DNA of 64,000 nt from Truepera sp. (GCA_965218435.1 CBDCKW010000005.1:224001-288000), one strand, 5' to 3'; counted from the first letter of the stretch, positions 1 to 10,586 are shown. Translations and numbers: made by a program. Notes: generated from the letters alone by a model not told the origin.

Positions 1-802
1 GCGTTTGGCCGTGCTCAGGCGGTGAGGGACCGTAGAGGCCGATGATGAGGTCGAAAACTTGAAACGAACCCAAAATCGCGAAAAAGAGCGAAAGTTTAAG
101 CGCGTATGAGATAAGCGGGATTTTAATGTACAGCACGCTTTGCCAGTTCGACGCGCCGTCGATGCTAGCGGACTCGGTCAGTTCTTTGGGTACGCCTTGC
201 AAACCCGCGATGTAAAGAATCATGTGGTAGCCAAAAAACTTCCATACCAGCACGAGTAGCACTGCAGCAAACGACCAGGTTTTATCGTCCAAGATAAAAT
301 AAGACTTGCCGAGCAGGTTCTGAAAAAGCGGCGCGACTGCGCCGCTGCGCCCGTCTAACATATAAACCCAGATAAGCCCACTGGCAACTTCTGAGAGTAC
401 GAAGGGCAAGAAAAAGATAAGCCGAAATATACTGTTGGTAAAGGTTTCTTTGTAGATCAGCAGCGCGCAAACGAGTGCTAACGGTAATTGCACAAATAAC
501 GAGGTGGCGAGAATGAGCGCAGTGTTACGTAAAGCGGGCTCGAAAAAGACGTTTAGGGTGCGTTTACTAAACATCCAGACATAGTTGCTGACGCCGTTGA
601 AGTCGATGAGTGGGCCGTAACCTTTATAGGTGTAAAAGCTCATAAGGCCTGCGCTAAATATTGGTAGGATAACGAAAATTGTAAAGATGAGCAGCGCGGG
701 CGGCAACAAGATAAGAACAGCGTTTAAGCGCCGCCGCTGCTCGGCTTTGCCCCAACGACGTTTGGGTTTGGGTAAGGTTCGCTCGCTCAAGGCCGTTGCC
801 AT
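1..802 (-). CDS. Carbohydrate ABC transporter permease (3' end runs off the window)
   Basis: Manual translation from ATG at 802: MATALSERT...LLPPALLIFTIFVILPIF...YIAGLQGVPKELTESASIDGAS (EAA motif); absent from the ORF track because there is no stop in the window. Confidence 0.9.
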   Translation of the reverse strand, partial: MATALSERTLPKPKRRWGKAEQRRRLNAVLILLPPALLIFTIFVILPIFSAGLMSFYTYKGYGPLIDFNGVSNYVWMFSKRTLNVFFEPALRNTALILATSLFVQLPLALVCALLIYKETFTNSIFRLIFFLPFVLSEVASGLIWVYMLDGRSGAVAPLFQNLLGKSYFILDDKTWSFAAVLLVLVWKFFGYHMILYIAGLQGVPKELTESASIDGASNWQSVLYIKIPLISYALKLSLFFAILGSFQVFDLIIGLYGPSPPEHGQT

Positions 803-829
803 AGTTTCTCCGTCAAACAGAAAAATTTT

Positions 830-888
830 TAGTCAATGGGGCTTGATTGTTTCTGCTGTTTCAAAAAACAACTAAGCCCCATTGACTA
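830..888. repeat. Intercistronic inverted repeat / stem-loop
   Basis: Perfect 15-bp arms TAGTCAATGGGGCTT (830-844) and AAGCCCCATTGACTA (874-888) between the binding-protein and permease genes. Confidence 0.75.
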
Positions 889-918
889 TTTCACAGAAGT
901 GATGTTGCCTCGCGACTC

Positions 919-2169
919 CTAACGCAACTCCCAGCTTTCCTGAACAAGTTCAGCTGATGTTTGCGGGTCAACGTCACCTGTAGCGAGCTGAGCAGAAATA
1001 TCATTGACTACGCCGCCGACATCAGCACCAAGCGCCTGATCAAGGAAAATCTGATGCCACTGCGATTCGCCTAGGTCACGAGAAATCTGCGCAAAAAACG
1101 GATTGCTAAGCCCGGCGTCCGAGCCGACTGCCATCGGAATAAAGACGCCGAGTTTACCTGCTTCTATCTGGTTGTCGGCGTCCATCAGGTACTCTAAAAA
1201 GGTAACCGCTTCGTCGGGCGCATCTTTCGCTGCAACAAACCCGTTGATACCGCCCAAGGTATCGGTGGCTTCACCGGCTCCGCCTTCTATCAAAGGAAAA
1301 GAGAGCAGACCTAGCTGGTCGTCGTCTAGGCCGCCGCTTTGCGAAGCGCCGCGTTGCGCAGTGTAAACCCAGTTGCCCATGAGCAGGAAGACGGCCCCGC
1401 CATCGCCAAAGAAGCCGTAAGAATCGGTGGCACCTGTGGTCATAAAGCCCTCTTGGAAAGGCTGCATGTCGATGAGCTGCTTGAAATCCTCGCCCGCTTT
1501 GACGAAGGGCGCGGCGGCAAAACCGTCGCCCTCACCACTTTGCGCATCTAAAAAGCCCTGCTGGCCCGCTTCGCGCATCGCTAGGTAAGACCAGTAAAAG
1601 TGCAGCGGCCATTTGTCTTTGCCGCCAACCGAGATGGGCGTTAAACCTGCGTCTTTCGCCTTTTGCACGGCAGCCAAAAAGTCGTCCCAGGTTTCAATCG
1701 CTTCAACGTCGATACCCGCTTGTTCGGCAAGTGCTCGGTTATACCAAAAACCCACTTCCGATACTTGTTGAGGGAGTCCCACGACACTACCGCCCACGGT
1801 AAAGGCGTTCATGCCAGCGGGGGACATCGTCTGCAAGAAGTCGCTGTCAAGCAGGCTGGTGATGTCCCGCGTGACTCCGGCTGCTACCTGCTCTTCTAAA
1901 ATTCCGCCACCCCAGCTGTAAAAGAGGTCGGGGGCGTCGCTAGTTTGCAATAGGGTCGGAAGTTTTTTCTTAAAATCTTCGTTGTCCATTCTTTCAAACT
2001 GCACAACGATGTCAGGATGTTCCGCGTTGAACTTGGCCGCGACCGCATCTTCATATTCGGGTCGGCCATCGTCAGCTATAAGTGACAACACCTTCACGGT
2101 AGTTTGGGCTTGGGCAACGGTGCAAAGTAAGACGAGACCGGTAGCTAACAGTCTTAAAACAGACTTCAT
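919..2169 (-). CDS. Sugar ABC transporter substrate-binding protein
   Basis: Signal peptide ending AQA; FNAEHPDIVVQF, APDLFYSWGGG, WDDFLAAVQKAK motifs; adjacent to the permease. Confidence 0.92.
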   Translation of the reverse strand: MKSVLRLLATGLVLLCTVAQAQTTVKVLSLIADDGRPEYEDAVAAKFNAEHPDIVVQFERMDNEDFKKKLPTLLQTSDAPDLFYSWGGGILEEQVAAGVTRDITSLLDSDFLQTMSPAGMNAFTVGGSVVGLPQQVSEVGFWYNRALAEQAGIDVEAIETWDDFLAAVQKAKDAGLTPISVGGKDKWPLHFYWSYLAMREAGQQGFLDAQSGEGDGFAAAPFVKAGEDFKQLIDMQPFQEGFMTTGATDSYGFFGDGGAVFLLMGNWVYTAQRGASQSGGLDDDQLGLLSFPLIEGGAGEATDTLGGINGFVAAKDAPDEAVTFLEYLMDADNQIEAGKLGVFIPMAVGSDAGLSNPFFAQISRDLGESQWHQIFLDQALGADVGGVVNDISAQLATGDVDPQTSAELVQESWELR

Positions 2170-2184
2170 GCGCTTCTCCTAAAA

Positions 2185-2229
2185 CTTGTCCGATATAATT
2201 TGGTACGGGTACATGTACCCTCGGACAAG
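2185..2229. promoter_or_regulatory. Putative operator upstream of the ABC operon
   Basis: Perfect palindrome GGGTACATGTACCC (2207-2220), bracketed by 9-bp IR CTTGTCCGA/TCGGACAAG. Confidence 0.45.
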
Positions 2230-2349
2230 GCGTTTCTTTGTCAAACAGTCTGTGCTTTACAATGCAGTTGCACGGTCTGCCCTTACGAGAACATCTAATT
2301 GAGCCTTGCTAAGACCATAACATTTTTTCGCGGGTTCCACCTCAAAACC

Positions 2350-3117
2350 TTAAGACTTTGCAGCCACCTCGCCCTCGTAGATTCGTCGACCCTCTTTGAT
2401 AAAGGGAACGGCGAGGGTCTTCGTACCTTTGTCGGCGTCACTATTGCCCATCGGCTCCGCCGAATACTGCGCCAGGTAGCTGCGCCGCATCTTTGGCGTG
2501 GTGTTGGTGCCACTGTTGTGAAACGTAAGGCTCGAGAACAGTGCGATACTACCTGCAGGTACGATAACGGGAATGCCTGGGTCCGTGCCGTGGTACCCAA
2601 CTCTGTCGTTTGTGCCTTCTTCTTTAACGTGCTCGACAAGCTCCCTCGTACCGGCACGGCTGTAAGGTAGGACGTAAATCGTCCCATTCTCTTCGCTCAT
2701 GTCATCTAGCGCGCACCAGCACGACAAGTAGGCGCTGTGCTCGAAATCGACAAAACCAGAATCCTGGTGCCAAGAAAACCTCATCCCTTTTTCGGCTGCT
2801 TTAATGACGTACTGCTCGTAAAAAAGGTAGACCTCGTCTCCCAGGAGTGCTTTGGTAATCTCAGCCATAAAGTCGCTGAACAAAAAGCCTTTCAAAGCTT
2901 CGCTGTTCGGGTGTTTGTTGGAGATGAAGTAGCGTTTATCGCGGTGGCTGATGCCTAAGGTGTCCGTGCCTTGCACGTCCATTTCGGCGTGCATCAGCTC
3001 GATATGGTGTTGCGCTTCGGTTCGTAGTGCTTCAAGATGTTTTTCGGGAATGACACGTTCTAAGATGGTGTAGCCCTCGTCATGGTACTGCGCGACCTGC
3101 TCGGGTGAAATGCTCAT
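2350..3117 (-). CDS. Phytanoyl-CoA dioxygenase (PhyH) family Fe(II)/2-oxoglutarate dioxygenase
   Basis: QYHDEGY start, WHQD (HxD), WCALDDMSEENG, distal H in FHNSG, RRSY. Confidence 0.9.
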   Translation of the reverse strand: MSISPEQVAQYHDEGYTILERVIPEKHLEALRTEAQHHIELMHAEMDVQGTDTLGISHRDKRYFISNKHPNSEALKGFLFSDFMAEITKALLGDEVYLFYEQYVIKAAEKGMRFSWHQDSGFVDFEHSAYLSCWCALDDMSEENGTIYVLPYSRAGTRELVEHVKEEGTNDRVGYHGTDPGIPVIVPAGSIALFSSLTFHNSGTNTTPKMRRSYLAQYSAEPMGNSDADKGTKTLAVPFIKEGRRIYEGEVAAKS

Positions 3118-3216
3118 ACCCCTACCTCCTTTTAATTTTCGCTACCTTCTCATACTACGGTCTCCGCCAAAAAAGTGCCTCCAAAATATCACCGAAATCT
3201 AGTACAATATCACCAC

Positions 3217-4119
3217 ATGAAAATATTTAGTTTTGCCGATGTCGGTCATAAGGAAGCGTTTCCCTTTTTTGTCCAACATGCGACCGTCGGAGCGGGTACC
3301 TTCGACATGCACGGCCATCATTTTTCAGAACTGGTGGTGGTATTAAGCGGTTCGGGTCGGCACGTCACTGAAGCTGAAAGCTATCCGATTTGCCGAGGTG
3401 ATGTTTTTGTGCTGAACGGCCAAACGGCTCACGCCTTTGAAGACTCGAACCAACTTAGAGTTTGCAATATCATGTATGACCCTGATCAGCTCATCAGACC
3501 ACACCAAAACCTCCACACTGTCCTCGGCTACCAAGCCCTATTTATGCTAGAGCCGTTGTACCGAAAAAACTCCGGCTTTGGCGGTAAGTTGCAACTGGGC
3601 GAAGCTGAACTGAACACAGTCATTTCCCTACTTGACGCTCTCAAGTACGAGCAGCGCGCACAGTTGCAGGGGTATCAAAGTCTTTTAGCAGCGTACTTTA
3701 TGCAGCTTGTCGTGCTGCTCTCGAGATATTACTCCGCTTCACCCGCTAGGCCGACCCAAGCGATATTGCGCTTGGCTGACGTTTTGAGTTACCTCGAGGA
3801 CAACACCCACCGCTCGCTCGAGCTTATCGAACTAGCTAGTCGTGCCAACTTGTCTAAAAATCAATTTTTGCGGGTGTTCAAAAAAGCCTTTGATACTACG
3901 CCTATAACTTATGTTGCCAATCGCAGAATTCAAAAAGCGCAAAGGTTGCTTGAAACCACCTCGCTACCTATTAGTCAAATTGCTTTTGATACCGGCTTTA
4001 TAGACAGCAATTACTTTTCTCGGCGCTTCCGGCAGGTGGTGGGCCAAAGCCCTAGGGATTACCGATCCACGCTAGGAGACAATGGACTGTCGTATAAACT
4101 AGCGTCTGATCCGAAGTGA
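3217..4119 (+). CDS. AraC family regulator with N-terminal cupin (RhaR/RhaS-like)
   Basis: HGHHFSELVVVLSGSGRH cupin; C-terminal IAFDTGFIDSNYFSRRFRQVVGQSPRDYR. Confidence 0.9.
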   Translation: MKIFSFADVGHKEAFPFFVQHATVGAGTFDMHGHHFSELVVVLSGSGRHVTEAESYPICRGDVFVLNGQTAHAFEDSNQLRVCNIMYDPDQLIRPHQNLHTVLGYQALFMLEPLYRKNSGFGGKLQLGEAELNTVISLLDALKYEQRAQLQGYQSLLAAYFMQLVVLLSRYYSASPARPTQAILRLADVLSYLEDNTHRSLELIELASRANLSKNQFLRVFKKAFDTTPITYVANRRIQKAQRLLETTSLPISQIAFDTGFIDSNYFSRRFRQVVGQSPRDYRSTLGDNGLSYKLASDPK

Positions 4120-4190
4120 ACAATCCTCGCCGCAAAAATCTACAATAAATAGGGGTACGAGATTGCCTATATTGGATGGTCTTGCTTAAC

Positions 4191-5138
4191 TTATGAATCT
4201 GTGCCGTCGTTTTTTGTCTGCGCCTTGTAGAGCGCCAACGCCATAAGCTGACGATTACGCCATTCGCTGCGCTCGGCCAACCTATCTGCGGGTAATGAAC
4301 GGCGGCGGTCTTTCTCAACGCGCCCAATCAGGTCATCGCTCCAAGCTTGTGGGTTGGCGCGGTCACGAGCGACAGATAGATACAAATTGCCCAAGCGTTC
4401 GGCGTAGTCACGAACCCCACCAGGTGCGTTTAGGTCAATGGTTTCAAACGGTCCCATAAACGACCAACGTAAACCGAGCCCATAAGACACCGTTTTGTCG
4501 ATATCAGCCGTGCTGGCGTACCCCTCGTCGAACAGTGCCCACGCCTCGCGCAGTAGCGCTCCTTGGAGGCGGTTGAGAATAAACCCTTCTATCTCACCGT
4601 TCACCCGCACGGGAATTTGTCCTACAGCTTCCATAAGTACATGCACACGCTGAACTGTAACGTCGCTGGTCCAGGGTGTAGGAACGAGTTCAACGACGGG
4701 CACTAGGTGAGGTGGATTGATAGGGTGGGCTACAAGATAGTTCGCTGCGTAACGCAGGCCCTCAGTAAATACCGACCCTGGAATGCCTGAAGACGAGCTA
4801 CCTACAGCGATCTCCGCGGCGATTTGGGCGTCGATAGCTTCATAGGTAGCGCGTTTAATATCCGGCCGTTCCAGCACCGATTCTTGAATATAGGTCACGT
4901 CATTGATGCTCTCGGCAAAAGCATCTACGACCTCGACGCGCCTTAAAACACGCTCTGCGTCATCAACAAGATGATGTGCTTCAAGATTATTTAAGCTGAT
5001 TCCCAGTTGGTCGATAAGTTGAGCCCGGATTTCTGGATTGTGGTCGTAGACTCGGACAGAGTAGCCAGCACGGGCGAAGACGATAACCCAGCTTACGCCG
5101 ATCAAGCCAGCACCGATCACGCCAACAGCCTCTTTCAT
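4191..5138 (-). CDS. 3-hydroxyacyl-CoA dehydrogenase family protein (L-gulonate/carnitine dehydrogenase-like)
   Basis: GAGLIG Rossmann motif, HPINPPHLVPVVE, GFILNRLQ, GLGLRWSFMGPFET. Confidence 0.88.
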   Translation of the reverse strand: MKEAVGVIGAGLIGVSWVIVFARAGYSVRVYDHNPEIRAQLIDQLGISLNNLEAHHLVDDAERVLRRVEVVDAFAESINDVTYIQESVLERPDIKRATYEAIDAQIAAEIAVGSSSSGIPGSVFTEGLRYAANYLVAHPINPPHLVPVVELVPTPWTSDVTVQRVHVLMEAVGQIPVRVNGEIEGFILNRLQGALLREAWALFDEGYASTADIDKTVSYGLGLRWSFMGPFETIDLNAPGGVRDYAERLGNLYLSVARDRANPQAWSDDLIGRVEKDRRRSLPADRLAERSEWRNRQLMALALYKAQTKNDGTDS

Positions 5139-5542
5139 ATATCATCCTTCATTTCGTTTCTCCCAAGACGATCTACCAGTAAGGTTAGCGTTTTGCCATT
5201 TGGCTTAAATTGTTAAAAACCCCGAGTCCTAGGGAATAGACCCTTAAAGCAGTGAAAATGGGGGTATGTCGAGACCACCCCATTTCCAAGGCCAGTCTAC
5301 GTTAATTGAGTTGTTTACGGTTATGTACGTGATGGTCGATGATTACTTGAAGCGTTCAGTCAAGCTAAAACGTTTCAGCTTGCCAATAGCAGACAACCAA
5401 AAGGGCAGTTACGCCGAGCTGATGACCATTGCTTTGGTAGATAAACTGAGATGCCAAGATCACGTCGGTAACTGGTTCGATCTAGTTAAGATCGAGTATA
5501 CGGCACTCTTTCCAGAGTCGCCGCATAAGACGCGCTACTACC

Positions 5543-6698
5543 CAGGGCTTACGCATGTAGAAGCAGTGACTTAGCATGAGGGATGAACGAGTATGAACTA
5601 CCAAGGCTGTTAGCGCATTTTACGGTTATACCTGATCCAAGAGCACATAGCGTCTGCCACAAGCTTGAAGACATCTTGGTGATTGCGATCTGTGCTGTTA
5701 TCGGCGGGGCGAACTCGTTTAGTGAGATTGAACAGTACGGCGAAGCAAAAGAGAGCTGGCTGAAAAAGACTTTAGAATTATCGAACGGTATACCGAGCCA
5801 CGATACGTTTAGACGCGTATTTATGCTGTTAGAAGCTGAAGCGTGGCAAGGGGTATTTTTCGATTGGACACGGGCGCTGGTTTTAGAACCGACCACTAGC
5901 CCAACCGAGGTACTCGCGGTAGACGGCAAGTTCTCACGGGCGAGCGGCTTGCACTTCCCGAAGGACCGAGCGAAGCGTACGGTGAGTGTGTGGGCGAGTG
6001 AGCATCACGTTGTTTTAGCACAACAGCAAGTAGCCGACAAAACCAATGAGATAACGGTCATCCCTGAACTGCTGGAGGTGCTTGATATTGCTGGAACAAC
6101 CGTGACCATCGACGCGGCTGGTACGCAAAAACATATTGCCTGGGTCATTAGAGAACATCACACAGATTATGCCCTTGCCCTTAAAGCCAATCACAAACAC
6201 TTATTCGAGGATGTCAAATGGTTGTTTGCTCAACACGAAAGCACGCCGCATTGGACGACTTGCACAAAAGGTCATGGACGCACTGAAACCAGAGACACCT
6301 GGTTACTTACCGACCTCAGCTTTCTGGAAAACGTCTCCGCTTGGCGCGACCTTGCAGGTGTCGCACGTGTGCGGGGAACACGCGAAGTAAACGGAGAAGT
6401 GAGCGTATATGACCGTTATTTTCTTACCAGCTTGACCAACGCGGAAACGCTCGCCTACGCCGTGCGTTCGCACTGGGGCATCGAAAACGGTCTACACTGG
6501 GTTCTGGACGTTGCTTTTAGCGAAGATCAGAGCAGGGCTAGAACCGACCACGCTCAAGCCAACCCCGTCACGTTGCGGCATTTGGCTTTGAATCAACTTA
6601 AACGAGAAAAGTCGCTTAAAGCTAGTGTCAAAGCCAAGCGCATGAGAGCAGGTTGGGATGACCACTACCTCCTTAAAGTTCTACATGCGTAAGCCCTG
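5543..6698 (+). mobile_element. ISAs1 family element
   Basis: Perfect 20-bp TIR CAGGGCTTACGCATGTAGAA; 10-bp target duplication CGCTACTACC (5533-5542, 6699-6708). Confidence 0.95.
5583..6692 (+). CDS. ISAs1 family transposase
   Basis: IPDPR, GIPSHDTF, AVDGK, KTNEITVIPELL, HWGIENGLHWVLDVAFSED. Confidence 0.95.
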   Translation: MNEYELPRLLAHFTVIPDPRAHSVCHKLEDILVIAICAVIGGANSFSEIEQYGEAKESWLKKTLELSNGIPSHDTFRRVFMLLEAEAWQGVFFDWTRALVLEPTTSPTEVLAVDGKFSRASGLHFPKDRAKRTVSVWASEHHVVLAQQQVADKTNEITVIPELLEVLDIAGTTVTIDAAGTQKHIAWVIREHHTDYALALKANHKHLFEDVKWLFAQHESTPHWTTCTKGHGRTETRDTWLLTDLSFLENVSAWRDLAGVARVRGTREVNGEVSVYDRYFLTSLTNAETLAYAVRSHWGIENGLHWVLDVAFSEDQSRARTDHAQANPVTLRHLALNQLKREKSLKASVKAKRMRAGWDDHYLLKVLHA

Positions 6699-7141
6699 CG
6701 CTACTACCGAGTTCTCAAGCGACTCGGGCGTGTCTTTGCCGACTTCGCGTTGAGATTTGCCGGGTCAGATATGCTGCACGTGATTGACTCGAAGCCTTTG
6801 CCTATTTGTAAAGGCGTCTGCTAGAAACGTCCCCGAGCGATGACTGAAGCAACGTCAGGCCAGGGTGGACTGGGTTGGTTTTACGGCTTTAAGCTCCACG
6901 CTGTAATCAATCAACACGGCGTCATCTGCCGCTTCGCTGTCGCGCCAGCCAACGAGCATGATGTCACCGTCGCCAGATGCTTGCTCGCCAGCACCAAGGC
7001 ATGGGTCATCGTTGATAAAGGCTACGCCGGTTGCTAAATCTATGCCCAGCCTAAAGACAACGAACTTCATCCCCGAGTCTGGACACCTGCTTTAGGCTGG
7101 CTCAGCAAATCTGATCTTCACCCGCTTTTATGGAGTCGTAG

Positions 7142-8058
7142 TTAAGCAGCTTGAGAGAAGTGTACCCGTTCAAAATTGTCAGGAGATAGAAACCCCAGAG
7201 AGGAGTGCCTACGCTTGGCGTTGTAGAAACCCTCTAGGTAGCTGAAGATGCTGGTCTTAGCCTGCTGGCGGGTCTGGTAATTTGCGCCCTCGACCTCTTC
7301 GGTTTTCAGAGTAGCGAAGAACGATTCGACGACGGCGTTGTCATAACAATTCCCTTTGCCCGACATACTTTGTGTGATGCGGTTGGCTGCGAGCTCGGCC
7401 CTAAAAGCACGACTGGCATATTGGCTGCCCCTATCTGAATGATGCGTCAGTGTCGCCGTATCGGGCCGCTGCCGCGTCGCCATCGTCAACGCCGAGAGGG
7501 TGAGGTCATCGGTGAGTCCGTCGGAGAAGGCCCAGCCAATGACTTTGCGGCTGAAGAGGTCGAGCGTCACCGCCAGATACAACCAGCCCTCGGCGGTGGG
7601 TAGGTAGGTGATGTCGCTGGCCCAGAGGGTGTTGGGGGTTGCCACGTCGAAGTTCTGCTCAACGAGATTTGCTGCTTTAGGGCGCGAGTGCTGGGAGGTC
7701 GTGGTGGTCTTGAACTTTCGTTTCGTCTTGCCCCTAATGCCTGCTGAGCGCATCAGACGGGCGACGCGCTTGCGCCCGACCTTGTGTCCGGCAGCCCGTA
7801 AGTCCTTGTGGATGCGCGGCGAGCCGTAGGTGCAACGGCTCCCGCAGTGGAACATCACGATCTTCTCGCTCAACGTTTCGTCCTCCCTGACTCGCTCCTG
7901 ACTCGCTGGCTTTTTCCTCGCCGTGACCAGGCGTAGAAGCCGCTGACCGACACGGCCAACACCCCGGCCATCAAGCTGACGGCCCAAAAGTTACGGTGTT
8001 CCTTGATGAAGGTGTACCTCACCGACTTTCCCCGGCAAAGAACTTGACCGCTTTTTTT
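7142..8058 (-). pseudogene. IS3 OrfB (DDE integrase core), frameshifted by an 11-bp duplication
   Basis: WASDITY, HHSDRGSQY, CYDNAVVESFF motifs; tandem CCTGACTCGCT x2 at 7886-7907 breaks the N-terminal frame. Confidence 0.85.
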
Positions 8059-8318
8059 AAGATGTCACGCTCCTGTATCACCCGCTCGAGTTCTTTTTTC
8101 AAGCGCACGTTCTCTTGCTGCTCGGCGGTTAAAGCGACCTTGCCGTTCCCGGGAAAGGCCAGCTCGCCGCCCTCACGCGCCTGTTTCCGCCACTTGTAAA
8201 GGCTGTAGTCGGACACGCCCAGTTCCTGGGCGATCTGAGCCACGCTTACCCCCGCTTGTTCACTCAACCTGACCGCTTCGCGCTTGAATTCCGCCGTGTA
8301 GACCCTACGTTCTTTCAT
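8019..8318 (-). CDS. IS3 OrfA
   Basis: RRVYTAEFKREAVRL...IAQELGVS HTH; ERDILKKAVKFFA. Confidence 0.92.
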   Translation of the reverse strand: MKERRVYTAEFKREAVRLSEQAGVSVAQIAQELGVSDYSLYKWRKQAREGGELAFPGNGKVALTAEQQENVRLKKELERVIQERDILKKAVKFFAGESR

Positions 8319-8781
8319 ATCGCCTCCATTGTGCATCAGAGGCTTAACTCGGTCTCCGTTTTATCGGGTGAACATCAATCTATCGAATTGGTCTTCTCTT
8401 CTTTGCTGCGCTCGAGGCACCTTATTAACAGGTCAGCTCAACTCGTTCTGGTCAGTTAGAGCCAGTGTTTGCCGTAAAGTCACTGCTCACAACTTGGCTT
8501 GGTTCTTGACCCATTGAGCCACTGACCCCTAGCACTCGAGGTTTATAACTTCGCTACTACACCTCGGTACTGTATACCCAACTGAAGAACCTATCCCGTA
8601 AGGCGTTAAATCACTGAGCGCACCCTTTCTTAGTACACTAAACGCCGTAGTATCCGTAACTGCTAGTCTGAGAAAACAGCTGATTGGAAAGGCATCGTAA
8701 AGTTCACTCTTATTTACGTCTTTATTACGTGGCGGTTTTCGGATAGAGTCTGAATAAAAGTCGAGCTTAGCGGAGAACGAT

Positions 8782-9927
8782 ATGACGAGCGGTGCAATAA
8801 ATAATGCAGGTAGGCAAGTTGCCCAAAGGGTCGGCATCATCGGCTGCGGCACCATCAGCAGCGCCTATTTTAAAGCGGCGCAGCTGTTTCCGGTGCTCAA
8901 GCTTGTCGCCTGCGCCGACCTGAACAGAGAAGCTACCGAACGCGCCGCAAAAACGTGGGGGGTCGAGGCGCTTAGTGTAAACGAACTTCTCGCCCGACCC
9001 GACATAGATATCATCTTGAACCTTACGGTGCCGCAGGCCCACGCCGAGGTGACGTTACGGGCGCTTGGGGCAGGCAAGCACATCCACCTCGAGAAACCCC
9101 TAGCGCTCGACCGAACCGAGGGCACGCGGGTCGTTGCTGCGGCCGAAGCTTCGGGTTTACGGGTGAGCTGCGCCCCCGATACGTTTTTAGGTGCGGGAGT
9201 GCAGACGTGTTTGCAGCTCATAAATGGCGGCAAGCTGGGCCGAGTGGTTGCCGGAACTGCCTTTATGATGGTGCCGGGACACGAACGCTGGCATCCCAAT
9301 CCTGATTTTTACTACCTTAGGGGCGGTGGCCCACTGTTTGATATGGGGCCGTACTACCTCACTGCACTCGTGCAGCTCTTGGGGCCGGTACGCCGCGTCA
9401 GTGCCGCTTCTGCGATGAGTGGTGAACGCACCATTACCAGTGAACCGCGCCGGGGCGAACACATCCCGGTCGAGGTGCCGACGCACGTTTCGGGGACGCT
9501 CGAGTTTCACAGTGGTGCGCTCATCACTCTCGTCATGAGCTTCGACGTGCAGCACCACACCAACCATCCTATTGAGCTTCACGGCGAGTACGGCAGCTTG
9601 CAAGTTCCCGACTCGAATACCTTTGGTGGCCCGGTGTGGGTACGTCTCTCTGGCGCAGATGTATGGGAAGAGGTGCCGCTCGTCAACGGCTATACCGGTA
9701 ACATGCGGGGCATCGGCGCTGCCGACCTCGCCTCTGCACTTATCGCTGACCGACCTCACCGCTGTCACAGTGACCTCGCGTTACACGTCTTAGACGTGAT
9801 GCAGTCGCTGCACGAAGCCGCTGAGCAAAGAACACATATCACCGTAGAGAGTCGCTGCGAACGTCCTGCACCCTTACCACTAGGCGTGGCGGCAGGCGAT
9901 TTGGGCGACACCATAGGAGCATCATGA
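8782..9927 (+). CDS. Gfo/Idh/MocA family oxidoreductase
   Basis: [38 protein letters not shown]. Confidence 0.92.
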   Translation: MTSGAINNAGRQVAQRVGIIGCGTISSAYFKAAQLFPVLKLVACADLNREATERAAKTWGVEALSVNELLARPDIDIILNLTVPQAHAEVTLRALGAGKHIHLEKPLALDRTEGTRVVAAAEASGLRVSCAPDTFLGAGVQTCLQLINGGKLGRVVAGTAFMMVPGHERWHPNPDFYYLRGGGPLFDMGPYYLTALVQLLGPVRRVSAASAMSGERTITSEPRRGEHIPVEVPTHVSGTLEFHSGALITLVMSFDVQHHTNHPIELHGEYGSLQVPDSNTFGGPVWVRLSGADVWEEVPLVNGYTGNMRGIGAADLASALIADRPHRCHSDLALHVLDVMQSLHEAAEQRTHITVESRCERPAPLPLGVAAGDLGDTIGAS

Positions 9928-10586
9928 CAAATACAGAAACTAAAACTGCACTGATCAATTGGGGTGGCTGGGACGGGCACGAGCCTCAAGCGTGCGCCGA
10001 GCTATTTGTCGACCTTTTACGTGTGAACGACTTCGAGGTCAAAGTTGTCTCCGACTTGGAGGTCTACACCGACGAAGTGTACATGCATAGCCTCGACCTG
10101 GTGGTACCCGTCTGGACGATGAGCGACCTTAGCGACGAACAAGAAGCCGGACTCTTAAAAACCATCAGGAGCGGCGTCGGTTTGGCAGGTTGGCACGGCG
10201 GGATGGCGGACTCGTTTCGTAACCGGGTCGAGTATCAGTTTATGGTCGGCGGGCAGTGGGTCGCGCACCCCGGCAACGTCATCCCTTATACCGTCCAAAT
10301 CACCGAGGCCGACCCCATCACAGAAGGTCTAGCGGACTTTGAGATGAACTCTGAACAGTACTATCTGCACGTTGATCCCGGCAACGAGGTGTTAGCGACG
10401 ACAACCTTTTCGGGTGACTACGGCGACGCACCTTGGCTTGCCGGAACAGTGATGCCGGTTGTCTGGAAACGTTATTTCGGTAAAGGACGAGTGTTTTATT
10501 CTTCGCTGGGGCATGTACGTCAAGATTTCGAGGTACCGGAAGCGAGAGAGATGATGCTCCGGGGAATGCTTTGGGCCGCGCGTTAG
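9924..10586 (+). CDS. ThuA domain-containing protein
   Basis: [38 protein letters not shown]; overlaps the upstream stop (ATGA). Confidence 0.88.
   Translation: MTNTETKTALINWGGWDGHEPQACAELFVDLLRVNDFEVKVVSDLEVYTDEVYMHSLDLVVPVWTMSDLSDEQEAGLLKTIRSGVGLAGWHGGMADSFRNRVEYQFMVGGQWVAHPGNVIPYTVQITEADPITEGLADFEMNSEQYYLHVDPGNEVLATTTFSGDYGDAPWLAGTVMPVVWKRYFGKGRVFYSSLGHVRQDFEVPEAREMMLRGMLWAAR

Larger units (their letters stand above)
7112..8377 (-). mobile_element. IS3 family element
   Basis: TG...CA ends with TIR TGATCTTCACCCG / rc TGATGTTCACCCG; 3-bp TSD ATC; A7G frameshift motif at 8051-8058 (minus strand). Confidence 0.93.
5219..8542 (+). mobile_element. IS982 family element, inactivated and interrupted by ISAs1 and IS3
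   Basis: Imperfect TIRs ACCCCGAGTCCTAGGG / rc ACCTCGAGTGCTAGGG (14/16). Transposase pieces at 5266-5542, 6699-7111 (IDSKPLPIC, GWFYGFKLH, DKGY, two stops) and 8378-8517. Confidence 0.85.
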
